This document shows, one piece after another, positions 19,352 to 28,384 of a stretch of DNA of 64,000 bases; position 1 is the stretch's first letter, and each line of letters starts with the position of its first letter. Source of the DNA: Pseudomonadota bacterium (GTDB taxonomy: Bacteria > Pseudomonadota > Gammaproteobacteria > Pseudomonadales > Pseudohongiellaceae); NCBI GenBank assembly GCA_041178065.1, contig JBEGWB010000155.1:1497-65496 (forward strand). The letters run 5' to 3'. Below the pieces are notes generated by a model. It saw only the letters and a program-made list of their open reading frames with translations, did not search any database and was not told the origin of the DNA. A program made the translations under genes and the position numbers.

Positions 19352-21541
19352 CTAGAATTTGCGGCGTTCCATGTTCAGCCGCGCCGCTTCGTCCTGATCC
19401 ACGTTTTCAATCTTCACGCAGCACTGCTTGAATGCCGGCTGCCGGGAATAGGGATCGAGCAGGCCGAGCGTCAAGCGGTTCACGCAATCGTGGAAGTGGA
19501 AGGGGATGAATACCATGTTCGGCGGCACGCGCTGCGTCAGCTGCACCATGACGACTGCATCGCCGCGCTTCGACACGACGCGCACGTACTGTTGATGCTG
19601 GATGCCGAGTTTCTCGGCGGCGTCCGGATTCATTTCCATGAATGCCGTCGGACTGAACTTGTTGCCGTTGGCGAGCTTTCCGGTACGCGTGCGTGTATGG
19701 AAATGCTCGACCAGGCGACCACTGTTCAACCAGAACGGAAACTCCTTGTCGGGCTTTTCGTTGTTGTCCTTGAAGCGCACGGAAATCAGGTTGGCCTTGC
19801 CGTTGTGCGTGGGGAACTTACCATCGGCGTAGAGGCGCGCGAGGCCTTTGAGCCCCTCATCGCCTTCGCGGTAGGGCCATTGAATGCCGCGCGCAGCTTC
19901 GATCCTGTCGTAGGTCATGCCGGAAATGTCGAGCGTGCGGTTCGCGCCTTTCGACAGCTGTTTCATTTCGTCGAAAACGTCCTCGGTCTCGGTCGGGAAC
20001 TTCATGTTCTGCGCATTGGGAAAGCGCTTCGCCATTTCGTTGAAGATCCAGAAGTCGGGTTTCGAGTTGGCCAGCGGTGGCACGGCATTGCGCGTGAGGT
20101 TTACACGGCGCTCGGTATTCGTGTGGCAGCCCTGCTTTTCAGCCCACACGGCCGCGGGGAAGTAGGCGTGCGAATACTGGTTGGTTTCGACGTCGGCATA
20201 GCAGTCCTGCACCACGGTGAACTCGAGCTTCTCCATCATCTTGCGGATGCGGCCGGTGTTCGCCATCGAGGTCATCGGGTTTGTTGCAACGAGCCACAGG
20301 CCCTTGATCTCGCCGGTTTCGATCGCCGGGAAAATATCGGTCTGCGCGAGCCCGCGCGTCTTCGGGAAGAACTCGGGGTCCACGCCCCAGAACTCGCCGA
20401 TCTCGCGGCGATGCTCTTCCTTCTCGAGGAAACGATAGCCGGGCAAGCCGGAACATGAGGACCACTCGCGCGTGCCCATCGCATTGCACTGGCCGGTGAT
20501 CGACAGGCTGGTGCCGCCCGGCTTGCCGATGTTGCCGGTGACGAGGTTCAGGTTGTTGATGTTGCACACGCCGTCGGAGCCGTGCGTGCTCTGGTTGATG
20601 CCCATCGTCCAGATGCTCATCGCCGCCGGCGCTTTGGCGTACAGCCGCGCCACGAGCCGGATCGTGTCTTCGTCGATGCCGCAGATATGCTGCGCCTTGA
20701 CCGGGTCGTAGTCCTGCACCGTCTGTGCCAGCTCTTCGAAGTTGTTCGTATGTGCCGCGATGTACTCCTTCGCCTGCAGGTTCTCCTTGAAGATGACGAA
20801 CAGCATGGAGTTGATCAGCACGCAGTCGGTGCCGGGCGTGATGGGGAGGTGGATGTCCGCGAACTGGGCGAACATCGTGACGCGCGGATCGACGACGATC
20901 AGCGGGAACTTGCGCTTCTCGCGCGCTTCTTTCAGGCGCCAGTAGATCACGGGATGCTGCTCGGGCAGGTTTGAGCCGAACGCCATCAGGCAGTGCGTAT
21001 GTTCGAAATCGTCATAGCAACCAGGCGGACCGTCGAGGCCAAAGGAGCGCTTGTAGCCGGATACCGCCGAGGCCATGCACAGGGTCGTGTTGCCGTCGTA
21101 GTTATTCGTGCCGATGCAGCCGCGGGTCAGCTTGCCGAGTGTGTAGAACTCTTCGGTCAGCAGCTGGCCGGTGGAGACGATCGCGAACGAGTCACGGCCA
21201 TACTTCTGCTGGATGCGCTTGATGTTGGCCGCGGTGTAATCGAGTGCTTCGTCCCAGGTGGTCTTCTTGAAGGGTTCCTGCCAGCGATTGCGGATCAGCG
21301 GATCGGTGCCGCGGCCACTGGAGTTGAACAGCTCATGTTCCTGCAGGCCCTTGATGCAGAGCTTGCCTCGATTGACGTCGGCGCCGGCGTGGCCGCGCGA
21401 AGTAATGACCTTGCCCTCGGCATTGATGCCGAGCTCGATCGTGCAGCCGGTAGAACAGTAGTTGCATGTCGCGTATTTCCATTCCTTGACCGGCTTCGGT
21501 GGAATGACGATTGGCTTTCTGTCTTTGCGTCCGAACAACAT
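19352..21541 (-). CDS. Molybdopterin oxidoreductase, NasA/NarB-type (assimilatory-like) nitrate reductase catalytic subunit, no Tat signal
   Basis: KYATCNYCSTGC (N-terminal 4Fe-4S), TLCMASAVSGYKRSFG, GQCNAMGTRE and a C-terminal PFHFHD...RQPAFKQCCVKIE beta-barrel domain. ATG 21541 has AAGGGA upstream. The track start 21616 (TTG) overlaps the predicted promoter. Confidence 0.75.
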   Translation of the reverse strand: MLFGRKDRKPIVIPPKPVKEWKYATCNYCSTGCTIELGINAEGKVITSRGHAGADVNRGKLCIKGLQEHELFNSSGRGTDPLIRNRWQEPFKKTTWDEALDYTAANIKRIQQKYGRDSFAIVSTGQLLTEEFYTLGKLTRGCIGTNNYDGNTTLCMASAVSGYKRSFGLDGPPGCYDDFEHTHCLMAFGSNLPEQHPVIYWRLKEAREKRKFPLIVVDPRVTMFAQFADIHLPITPGTDCVLINSMLFVIFKENLQAKEYIAAHTNNFEELAQTVQDYDPVKAQHICGIDEDTIRLVARLYAKAPAAMSIWTMGINQSTHGSDGVCNINNLNLVTGNIGKPGGTSLSITGQCNAMGTREWSSCSGLPGYRFLEKEEHRREIGEFWGVDPEFFPKTRGLAQTDIFPAIETGEIKGLWLVATNPMTSMANTGRIRKMMEKLEFTVVQDCYADVETNQYSHAYFPAAVWAEKQGCHTNTERRVNLTRNAVPPLANSKPDFWIFNEMAKRFPNAQNMKFPTETEDVFDEMKQLSKGANRTLDISGMTYDRIEAARGIQWPYREGDEGLKGLARLYADGKFPTHNGKANLISVRFKDNNEKPDKEFPFWLNSGRLVEHFHTRTRTGKLANGNKFSPTAFMEMNPDAAEKLGIQHQQYVRVVSKRGDAVVMVQLTQRVPPNMVFIPFHFHDCVNRLTLGLLDPYSRQPAFKQCCVKIENVDQDEAARLNMERRKF

Positions 21542-21600
21542 GGCGCGTGATTCCCTTTGATGCAGTGGCCCTGCTTCACGGCAGGTGCAAATAGGGAATA

Positions 21601-21615
21601 GCAATAAGTGCACCA
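21601..21615 (-). promoter_or_regulatory. Candidate sigma-54 (-24/-12) promoter for the nitrate reductase operon
   Basis: The minus strand reads TGGTGC-ACTTA-TTGC with exact GG-N10-GC spacing. It lies about 60 nt upstream of ATG 21541. Confidence 0.45.
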
Positions 21616-21944
21616 AGAATTAAAAATCTGCGAAAACCGCGCTCGCCACTTATCTTCTTGAAAACGCGCGGGAAAAAACCCGACGCAAATGCAGGCTGCA
21701 GAACAAAAGCGCTCAACATGTGCAGCGTGCGCACCAAAACATCGCAGCTTCATACAGCGCTGCTGCCTGGTGGTGCGCAACATGCGCGGCAGGCACGCGA
21801 AAGGTTTTGGCGTGATGCGCGGCACTTGAATCAATCATTCCGCTGCCAACGGGAATCCAGGTTGTTGATTTTTCTGAATAGAGTGTGCGTTGTCATGACA
21901 CTGTCTGCGCGCTTGCGCTGCGTGCTGAGCGGTCTTTGCCGAAC

Positions 21945-21960
21945 TGGTGCGCCTCTTGCA
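21945..21960 (+). promoter_or_regulatory. Candidate sigma-54 (-24/-12) promoter for nirBD and transporter
   Basis: TGGTGC-GCCTC-TTGCA with exact GG-N10-GC spacing. It lies about 55 nt upstream of ATG 22014. Confidence 0.45.
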
Positions 21961-22013
21961 TTGGCCCTCACGTGAAGAATTCAACGCAGTGAATGCTGCA
22001 GGTCAGGGCGACG

Positions 22014-24566
22014 ATGGCGAAGCAAAGAGTAATAGTAGTAGGCAATGGCATGGTGGGGCATCGCTTCATCGAGTATCTGCTGGCACATGCGCGCGCCAAT
22101 GAATTTTCGATCACGACCTTTTCCGAGGAATCGCGTCTTGCTTACGACCGCGTGCACCTGAGTGCATACTTCACTGGTTCCACTGCGGCCGATCTCGCGT
22201 TGACGACGCGCGAAAAATATCGCGAACAGGGCGTCAACTACATCCTCAGCGACAAGGTCGTGCACATCGACAAGGCCAACAAGACTGTTACGACGCAGTC
22301 GGGCCGGGTCGAGCCGTGGGACAAGCTGGTTCTCGCCACGGGTTCCTATCCTTTCGTGCCTCCGGTGCCCGGCCACGACCGCGAACATTGCCTCGTGTAC
22401 CGCACCATCGACGACCTCGGCCGCATCAAGGTGTCCGGGGCCCAGAGCAAGGTTGGCGTAGTCGTTGGTGGCGGGCTGCTCGGCCTCGAGGCCGCGAATG
22501 CGCTCAAAGGCATGGGACTTGAAACGCACGTGGTCGAATTCGCGCAGAAGTTGATGGCCGTACAGCTGGACGACGGTGGCTCCAAGTTGCTGCGCCGCAA
22601 GATCGAAAACCTCGGCGTGCGCGTGCACACCGGCAAGAATACGACCGCGATCGTCGACGGTGAAACCTGCCGCTACCGCATGAACTTCGCCGACGGCACG
22701 TTTCTCGAAACTGACATGATCCTGTTCTCCGCCGGCATCCGCCCGCAGGACGAACTGGCGAAACATTGTGAAATCGCGCTTGGCGCGCGCGGCGGCATCG
22801 AAATCAACGATAACTGCCGTACGTCGGAGAAAGACATCTACGCCATCGGTGAATGTGCGCTGTGGAATGGCCAGATCTTCGGCCTCGTCGCGCCCGGTTA
22901 CCAGATGGCCAAGGTCGCCGTGGCGCAGATCACCGGCGGCGATGAAAAGTTCACCGGCGCCGATATGAGCACGAAGCTCAAGTTGCTCGGCATCGATGTT
23001 GCCAGCGTCGGCGACTCGACCGCGCGCACGCCCGGCGCGCGCTGCTATTACTACAACGACGACTTCGCTGAGGTGTACAAATGCCTCGTCGTGTCGAACG
23101 ACGGCAAGAAGCTGCTCGGCGCCGTGCTGGTGGGCGAGGCCGAAGACTTCGGCAACTTCCAGCAGCTGATGCTGAACAGCATCGACCTGCCGGACAATCC
23201 GCAGGCGATGATCCTGCCCGGCATCGAAGGTGGCAAACCGGCGCTTGGTGTCGACGCCCTTCCCGACACGGCGCAGATCTGCTCCTGCTTCGACGTCAGC
23301 AAGGGCACGATCTGCTGCATGGTCCAGGAAGGCAAGAGCCTTGGCGACATCAAGGCGGCGACCAAAGCATCAACGGGCTGCGGCGGTTGCGCCGTGCTGC
23401 TGAAGCAGGTCGTCAACGCTGAACTCGCGAAGCTCGGCGTCGAGGTCAACAATCATCTGTGCGAGCATTTTGCGTATACGCGCCGCGAACTTGCCGACCT
23501 GGTCCAGGTCAGGAAGATCCGCACCTTCGCCACGCTGCTGAGCGAACACGGCAAGGGTCATGGCTGCGATATTTGCAAGCCTACGATCGGGTCGATTCTT
23601 GCGTCCTTCTGGAATGACTATGTACTGCAGCCGGAACATGTCGGCCTGCAGGACAGCAACGACCACTTCCTTGGCAACTTGCAGAAGGACGGCACCTATT
23701 CCGTGGTGCCGCGTATCGCGGGCGGCGAGATCACGCCGGACAAGCTGATCGTGCTCGGCCAGGTCGCGAAGAAATACGATCTGTATACGAAGATCACCGG
23801 CGGCCAGCGCGTCGACCTCTTTGGCGCGCGCGTGGACCAGCTGCCCGGCATCTGGAAAGAACTCGTCGACGCCGGCTTTGAAACCGGCCATGCCTACGGC
23901 AAGTCGGTGCGCACGGTTAAATCCTGCGTGGGCTCGACCTGGTGCCGCTACGGCGTCGATGACAGCGTGGGCTTCGCGATTGAAATCGAAGAACGCTACA
24001 AAGGCCTGCGCTCACCGCACAAGCTGAAGTTTGCCGTCTCGGGCTGCACGCGCGAATGCGCCGAAGCGCAGTCGAAGGATGTTGGCATCATCGCCACCGA
24101 AGGCGGCTGGAACCTGTACGTGTGCGGCAACGGTGGTATGCGGCCACGGCATGCGGACCTGCTAACGACCGGGCTCGATCGCGAAACGCTGATTCGCTAC
24201 GTCGACCGCTTCCTGATGTTCTACTGCCGCACAGCCGATCGCCTGCAGCGCACTTCGGTGTGGCTCGAAAACATGGAAGGCGGTATCGACTATCTCAGGC
24301 AGGTGGTCGTCGAGGACAAACTCGGGCTCGGCGCCGAACTCGAGCAGGGCATGGCCAACGTTGTTGCGACCTACCAGTGCGAGTGGAAGACGACGATCGA
24401 GGATCCTGAACGTGTCAAACGCTTCCGCCAGTTCATCAACTCCGACAAGAAGGACCAAAGCCTTGCCTACGTCATCGAGCGTGGCCAGCGCCGTCCCGCC
24501 ACGCGCGAAGAACGTGCCGCTGGCAAGGCGGTGGAACTGATCACACTCACGGAAGAGAACGCTTGA
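22014..24566 (+). CDS. nirB: NAD(P)H-dependent assimilatory nitrite reductase large subunit
   Basis: VIVVGNGMVGHRF and VGVVVGGGLLGLEAA (Rossmann folds). ICSCFDVSKGTI (BFD-like 2Fe-2S). SCVGSTWCRYG and AVSGCTRECAEA (sirohaem/4Fe-4S). Confidence 0.92.
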   Translation: MAKQRVIVVGNGMVGHRFIEYLLAHARANEFSITTFSEESRLAYDRVHLSAYFTGSTAADLALTTREKYREQGVNYILSDKVVHIDKANKTVTTQSGRVEPWDKLVLATGSYPFVPPVPGHDREHCLVYRTIDDLGRIKVSGAQSKVGVVVGGGLLGLEAANALKGMGLETHVVEFAQKLMAVQLDDGGSKLLRRKIENLGVRVHTGKNTTAIVDGETCRYRMNFADGTFLETDMILFSAGIRPQDELAKHCEIALGARGGIEINDNCRTSEKDIYAIGECALWNGQIFGLVAPGYQMAKVAVAQITGGDEKFTGADMSTKLKLLGIDVASVGDSTARTPGARCYYYNDDFAEVYKCLVVSNDGKKLLGAVLVGEAEDFGNFQQLMLNSIDLPDNPQAMILPGIEGGKPALGVDALPDTAQICSCFDVSKGTICCMVQEGKSLGDIKAATKASTGCGGCAVLLKQVVNAELAKLGVEVNNHLCEHFAYTRRELADLVQVRKIRTFATLLSEHGKGHGCDICKPTIGSILASFWNDYVLQPEHVGLQDSNDHFLGNLQKDGTYSVVPRIAGGEITPDKLIVLGQVAKKYDLYTKITGGQRVDLFGARVDQLPGIWKELVDAGFETGHAYGKSVRTVKSCVGSTWCRYGVDDSVGFAIEIEERYKGLRSPHKLKFAVSGCTRECAEAQSKDVGIIATEGGWNLYVCGNGGMRPRHADLLTTGLDRETLIRYVDRFLMFYCRTADRLQRTSVWLENMEGGIDYLRQVVVEDKLGLGAELEQGMANVVATYQCEWKTTIEDPERVKRFRQFINSDKKDQSLAYVIERGQRRPATREERAAGKAVELITLTEENA

Positions 24567-24574
24567 GAGGCGCT

Positions 24575-24940
24575 ATGAACGCAGCAGGAAAAATCATGAA
24601 CGAAGTCTGGACAACGGTCTGCAACGAAGACGATCTCGTCATCGGCTCCGGGGTGTGTGCGCTGCTCGACCAGGGCGGCAAGCAGGAACAGGTCGCGCTG
24701 TTCCGCGAAACCCGCGACGGCCCGGTGTATGCGATTGCGAACTACGACCCTGTCGGCGATGCATATGTATTGAGCCGCGGCATCATCGGCTCGATCGGTA
24801 CCCGCATCGTTGTCGCCTCGCCGCTGTACAAGCAGCACTTCTGCCTCGAATCGGGTCTCTGCCTCGAAGATCCGAAGGTCAGCGTCAAAGCCTGGTCCGT
24901 GCGCATCGAGAGTGGAAAGGTACAGCTGAGGACGGCGTGA
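24575..24940 (+). CDS. nirD: Nitrite reductase small subunit
   Basis: Follows nirB directly (GAGAGG RBS). About 120 aa. Pattern WTTVCNEDDL...GVCALL...QVALFR...VYAI.NYDP, typical of NirD. Confidence 0.85.
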   Translation: MNAAGKIMNEVWTTVCNEDDLVIGSGVCALLDQGGKQEQVALFRETRDGPVYAIANYDPVGDAYVLSRGIIGSIGTRIVVASPLYKQHFCLESGLCLEDPKVSVKAWSVRIESGKVQLRTA

Positions 24941-25062
24941 GCGCTGTATTCAATCCCGCGGCGGCGTGCTCGACTCCCGCCTGCGCGGCAACGACGCAGT
25001 AGCCGCATCCCCCCATCGAACAATCCAAAATGAACGGGAATTGATTCCCTCAGGAGAAGTGC

Positions 25063-26529
25063 ATGTCCGCCGAAAAGTTCAACCTGCTCAGTTTTACGGG
25101 CAAGATGAAGATCCTGCACATGAGCTGGCTGGTCTTCTTCGTCACCTTCGTCGTCTGGTTCAACGCCGCGCCGCTGATGCAGGCGATTGCACTGAGTCTC
25201 GGCGTCACGGCGCAGGAGCTGGTCGTGCTCGCAACCGTCAACGTGGCGCTCGCCGTGCCGGCGCGCGTGTTGATCGGCATGCTGACCGATCGCTACGGCC
25301 CCCGCATCATGTACTCGGTACTGCTGGTGCTGGGCTCGCTGCCCTGCTTCTGGTTCGCCACGGCCGACACGCTCGGTGAAGCGGCGCTGGCGCGTTTCTT
25401 CTGCGGCTTTATCGGCGCGGGCTTCGTCATCGGCATCCGCCTCGTCAGCGAGTGGTTCCCGGCAAACGAGCTGGGCACCGCGGAAGGACTGTACGGCGGC
25501 TGGGGCAACTTCGGTTCCGCGGCCGCGGCCTTCACGCTGCCAGCGCTTGCGCTGTGGTTTGGCGGCGACGACGGCTGGCGCTATGCGGTTGCGATTACCG
25601 GTGTCATGAGTTTCATCATGGGCTTCGTGTTCTACGTCAACGTGCGTGATACGCCGAAGGGCTCCACCTACTTCAAGCCGAAGACGCTGGGCGCAATGGA
25701 AGTCACCAGCGTCGGCGACCTCGTGATGCTGTACGTCATGAAGCTGCCGATGTATGTGTGCCTCGTATTGCTCGCCTGGCGCCTGTCGCCGGCCGGCTTC
25801 GGCCTGATCAGCGCCAGCGTGACCAGTCTCATCTACGCTGGCGTGTTCCTCGTACTGCTGGTCGATTTCCGCAAGGTGTGGGTCACGAACCGCAGTCTGT
25901 TCACCGTTCCCGTCGCCGACCTGCACCGCTACAAGTTCAAGCAGGTCGCGATCCTCAACATTCTGTACTTCGCCAATTTCGGCTCCGAGCTTGCGGTGGT
26001 GTCGATCCTGCCGCTGTTCTTCGCCGAAACCTTCGAGCTGACGCCCGTATGGGCCGGCATCATTGCCTCGACGCATGCCTTCCTCAACCTCGTGTCGCGC
26101 CCAGGCGGTGGCTGGTTATCCGATAAATTCGGCCGCAAGAAAACCTTGTTGATCGTCACCGCCGGGCTCGCCGCCTCGTACTTCCTGACGAGCTACATCA
26201 CCAGCGAATGGTCGCTGCTGGTCGCCGTGTTCGTGGTCATGCTCTGCGCCTTCTTCGTGCAGGCGGGCGAGGGCGCGGTGTTCGCGACGGTGCCGCTGAT
26301 CAAGCGTCGCCTCACTGGGCAGATCGCCGGCATGACCGGCGCCTACGGCAATGTCGGCGCGGTGGTCTACCTCGTCATCCTGACCTTTGTCGATTACTCC
26401 ACTTTCTTCTTGGTCATCGCCGCGTCGGCGATCATGGGTTTCGTCGCGCTGCTGTTCCTCGACGAACCGAAAGGGCAGATCGCCGAAGTGAACGAGGACG
26501 GCAGCGTCGAATTGATCCACGTAGGATAG
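25063..26529 (+). CDS. Nitrate/nitrite porter (NNP-family MFS, NarK/NasA/NrtP type)
   Basis: 12 predicted TM segments. NNP signatures GLYGGWGNFGSAAAAF and IAGMTGAYGNVGAVVY. RBS AGGAGA. Confidence 0.88.
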   Translation: MSAEKFNLLSFTGKMKILHMSWLVFFVTFVVWFNAAPLMQAIALSLGVTAQELVVLATVNVALAVPARVLIGMLTDRYGPRIMYSVLLVLGSLPCFWFATADTLGEAALARFFCGFIGAGFVIGIRLVSEWFPANELGTAEGLYGGWGNFGSAAAAFTLPALALWFGGDDGWRYAVAITGVMSFIMGFVFYVNVRDTPKGSTYFKPKTLGAMEVTSVGDLVMLYVMKLPMYVCLVLLAWRLSPAGFGLISASVTSLIYAGVFLVLLVDFRKVWVTNRSLFTVPVADLHRYKFKQVAILNILYFANFGSELAVVSILPLFFAETFELTPVWAGIIASTHAFLNLVSRPGGGWLSDKFGRKKTLLIVTAGLAASYFLTSYITSEWSLLVAVFVVMLCAFFVQAGEGAVFATVPLIKRRLTGQIAGMTGAYGNVGAVVYLVILTFVDYSTFFLVIAASAIMGFVALLFLDEPKGQIAEVNEDGSVELIHVG

Positions 26530-26538
26530 ACTGCGGAT

Positions 26539-26559
26539 AAATGGGCTCTGACCCCAATT
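26539..26559 (+). repeat. Hairpin repeat family A copy (AAATGGG-CTCTGAC-CCCAATT)
   Basis: Lies between the transporter stop and the kinase start. Same 21-nt element as at 35797, 35839 and 50514. The right arm is degenerate by one base. Confidence 0.8.
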
Positions 26560-26561
26560 AA

Positions 26562-28310
26562 ATGGCACAGTCGCATACTCTCAGCATAGCCTATGGCGGC
26601 CACACCACCGCCGGTCTCAAGGAGCGCAACGAAGACGCTTTCGCTGCGCTGCTGCCGGCGAGTCAGTTGCGCTATAGCAAGGGTGCGATCGCGGCGATCG
26701 CCGACGGGGTTTCCTGCAGCGACAACGCGCGCGTGGCCAGCCAGACCAGCGTCGGCACTTTCATCCAGGACTACCTGAGCACGCCCGAAAGCTGGGATGT
26801 CAAAACCTCCGCGTCGCGCGTACTCGCCGCGTTGAATTCCTGGCTGTACTCGCAGGGCCAGGCGGCGCTGACCCGACACAACGGCTTCGTTACGACGTTT
26901 TCCGCGGTGATCCTGCGCTCGACCACCGCGCACGTGCTGCACTGTGGCGACAGCCGCGTGTATCGCTATCGCGACGGCAAGTTGCAACCGCTGACGACCG
27001 ACCACAATCTCGTACAGGGCAACGGCGATGCGACGCTGACACGCGCGCTTGGCATGGATACCGAACTCAAGGTCGACTATCAACAGCGAAGCCTGCGCGT
27101 CGACGATATCCTGCTGTTCACGACTGATGGTGTGCACGGCTTCGTCAAGCCCGCGCAACTTGCTGAAGCGCTCGCCGCGCTCGCTTTGCAAGCGCCCGGC
27201 AGCGAAGGCGGTAGCACGCCGCTCGAACAGATTGCGCGCGCGCTTATCGACAAGGCGCTCCACGCCGGCAGCAGCGACAATCTCAGCTGCCTCTTGCTGC
27301 GCGTACTCGACTTGCCGGTGGAGGATATCAACGAAGCGCACAGCAAGCTGACTCAGCTGGTGATTCCGCCCGTGCTCGCGCCGGGAAACAGGCTCGATGG
27401 CTACACCGTGACGAAGATCCTGCACAACGGTTCGCGTTCGCATCTGTATCTCGCCACGCATCCGCGCTACCGCCAGAAGTTCGTGCTGAAGGCGCCGTCG
27501 CCAAACTTCGCCGAGGATCCGCAGTATCTCGAAGGGTTCATGCGAGAACAGTGGGTTGGTCGCCGCATCGATCATCCTGGCATCATGAAAATCCACGATC
27601 CCGTGCCCGACAGCAAGTTTCTTTATCACATCTGCGAATTCATCGACGGCGTCACGCTGCGCCAGTGGATGTACGACAACCCGAAACCCGACCTGCAGAA
27701 AGTAAGGGAGTTCGCGAAGCAGATCGCGGCCAGCCTGCGCGTACTGCAACGCCTCGGCATGCTGCATCGCGATCTCAAGCCAGACAACATCATGCTGACC
27801 CAGGCCGGCGAAGTTAAACTGATCGACTTCGGCACCGTGCAGGTCAGCGGCCTGCAGGACATCGCCAGTCCGCTGCGCGAAGACACGCCGGTGGGCACAG
27901 CCGACTACATGGCGCCGGAATACCTCCTCGGCGAACGCGGCGCGCATCGCTCCGACATTTTCTCTTTCGGCGTCATCATCTACGAATTGCTGACCGAAGC
28001 ATTGCCCTTCAGGACGCCTCAGGCCGGACGCAAGCTGGATTACAGCTTCTGGAAATACCGCAGCGCGCTGGAACTGCGCAAGGACCTGCCCTTGTGGATG
28101 GATATCGCCATGCGCAAGGCCTGCGCGCCGCGGCCTTCACAGCGCTACGCCGCGCTGTCTGAATTCCTGCACGACCTCGAAGTACCGAACCAGCACTTGC
28201 TTGCGGCGGAGCAGCATAAGCCGCTGATCGAGAATAATCCGGTGCGGTTCTGGCAGGTGGTATCGGCGCTGTTGCTGATGCTGCTGGTGCTGCAGGCCTG
28301 GTTGTTCTAG
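26562..28310 (+). CDS. Bifunctional PP2C-type phosphatase / Hanks-type Ser/Thr protein kinase with C-terminal TM anchor
   Basis: N-terminal GLKERNEDAF, FTTDGVHG and GSSDNLSC (PP2C). HRDLKPDNIM, IDFG and ADYMAPE (kinase). C-terminal FWQVVSALLLMLLVLQAWLF. Confidence 0.85.
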   Translation: MAQSHTLSIAYGGHTTAGLKERNEDAFAALLPASQLRYSKGAIAAIADGVSCSDNARVASQTSVGTFIQDYLSTPESWDVKTSASRVLAALNSWLYSQGQAALTRHNGFVTTFSAVILRSTTAHVLHCGDSRVYRYRDGKLQPLTTDHNLVQGNGDATLTRALGMDTELKVDYQQRSLRVDDILLFTTDGVHGFVKPAQLAEALAALALQAPGSEGGSTPLEQIARALIDKALHAGSSDNLSCLLLRVLDLPVEDINEAHSKLTQLVIPPVLAPGNRLDGYTVTKILHNGSRSHLYLATHPRYRQKFVLKAPSPNFAEDPQYLEGFMREQWVGRRIDHPGIMKIHDPVPDSKFLYHICEFIDGVTLRQWMYDNPKPDLQKVREFAKQIAASLRVLQRLGMLHRDLKPDNIMLTQAGEVKLIDFGTVQVSGLQDIASPLREDTPVGTADYMAPEYLLGERGAHRSDIFSFGVIIYELLTEALPFRTPQAGRKLDYSFWKYRSALELRKDLPLWMDIAMRKACAPRPSQRYAALSEFLHDLEVPNQHLLAAEQHKPLIENNPVRFWQVVSALLLMLLVLQAWLF

Positions 28311-28384
28311 GCGCGGATTGCGTCAATCGCGCCTACCCGGAACACGCCTTCTTGCAAGGTGTTCTCTGAAACTCGCGATGACAC

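Noticed and set aside
16887-19355. 822-aa + strand ORF spanning the katE start, an intergenic region and the DmsBC-fusion gene
   Set aside because: It crosses two hairpin terminators and lies opposite genes with strong motifs. Its composition (runs of R, A, E, H) is that of a GC-rich shadow ORF.
24742-26076. 444-aa ORF antisense to nirD and the nitrate transporter
   Set aside because: Shadow ORF. The + strand encodes a 12-TM MFS protein with NNP signatures.
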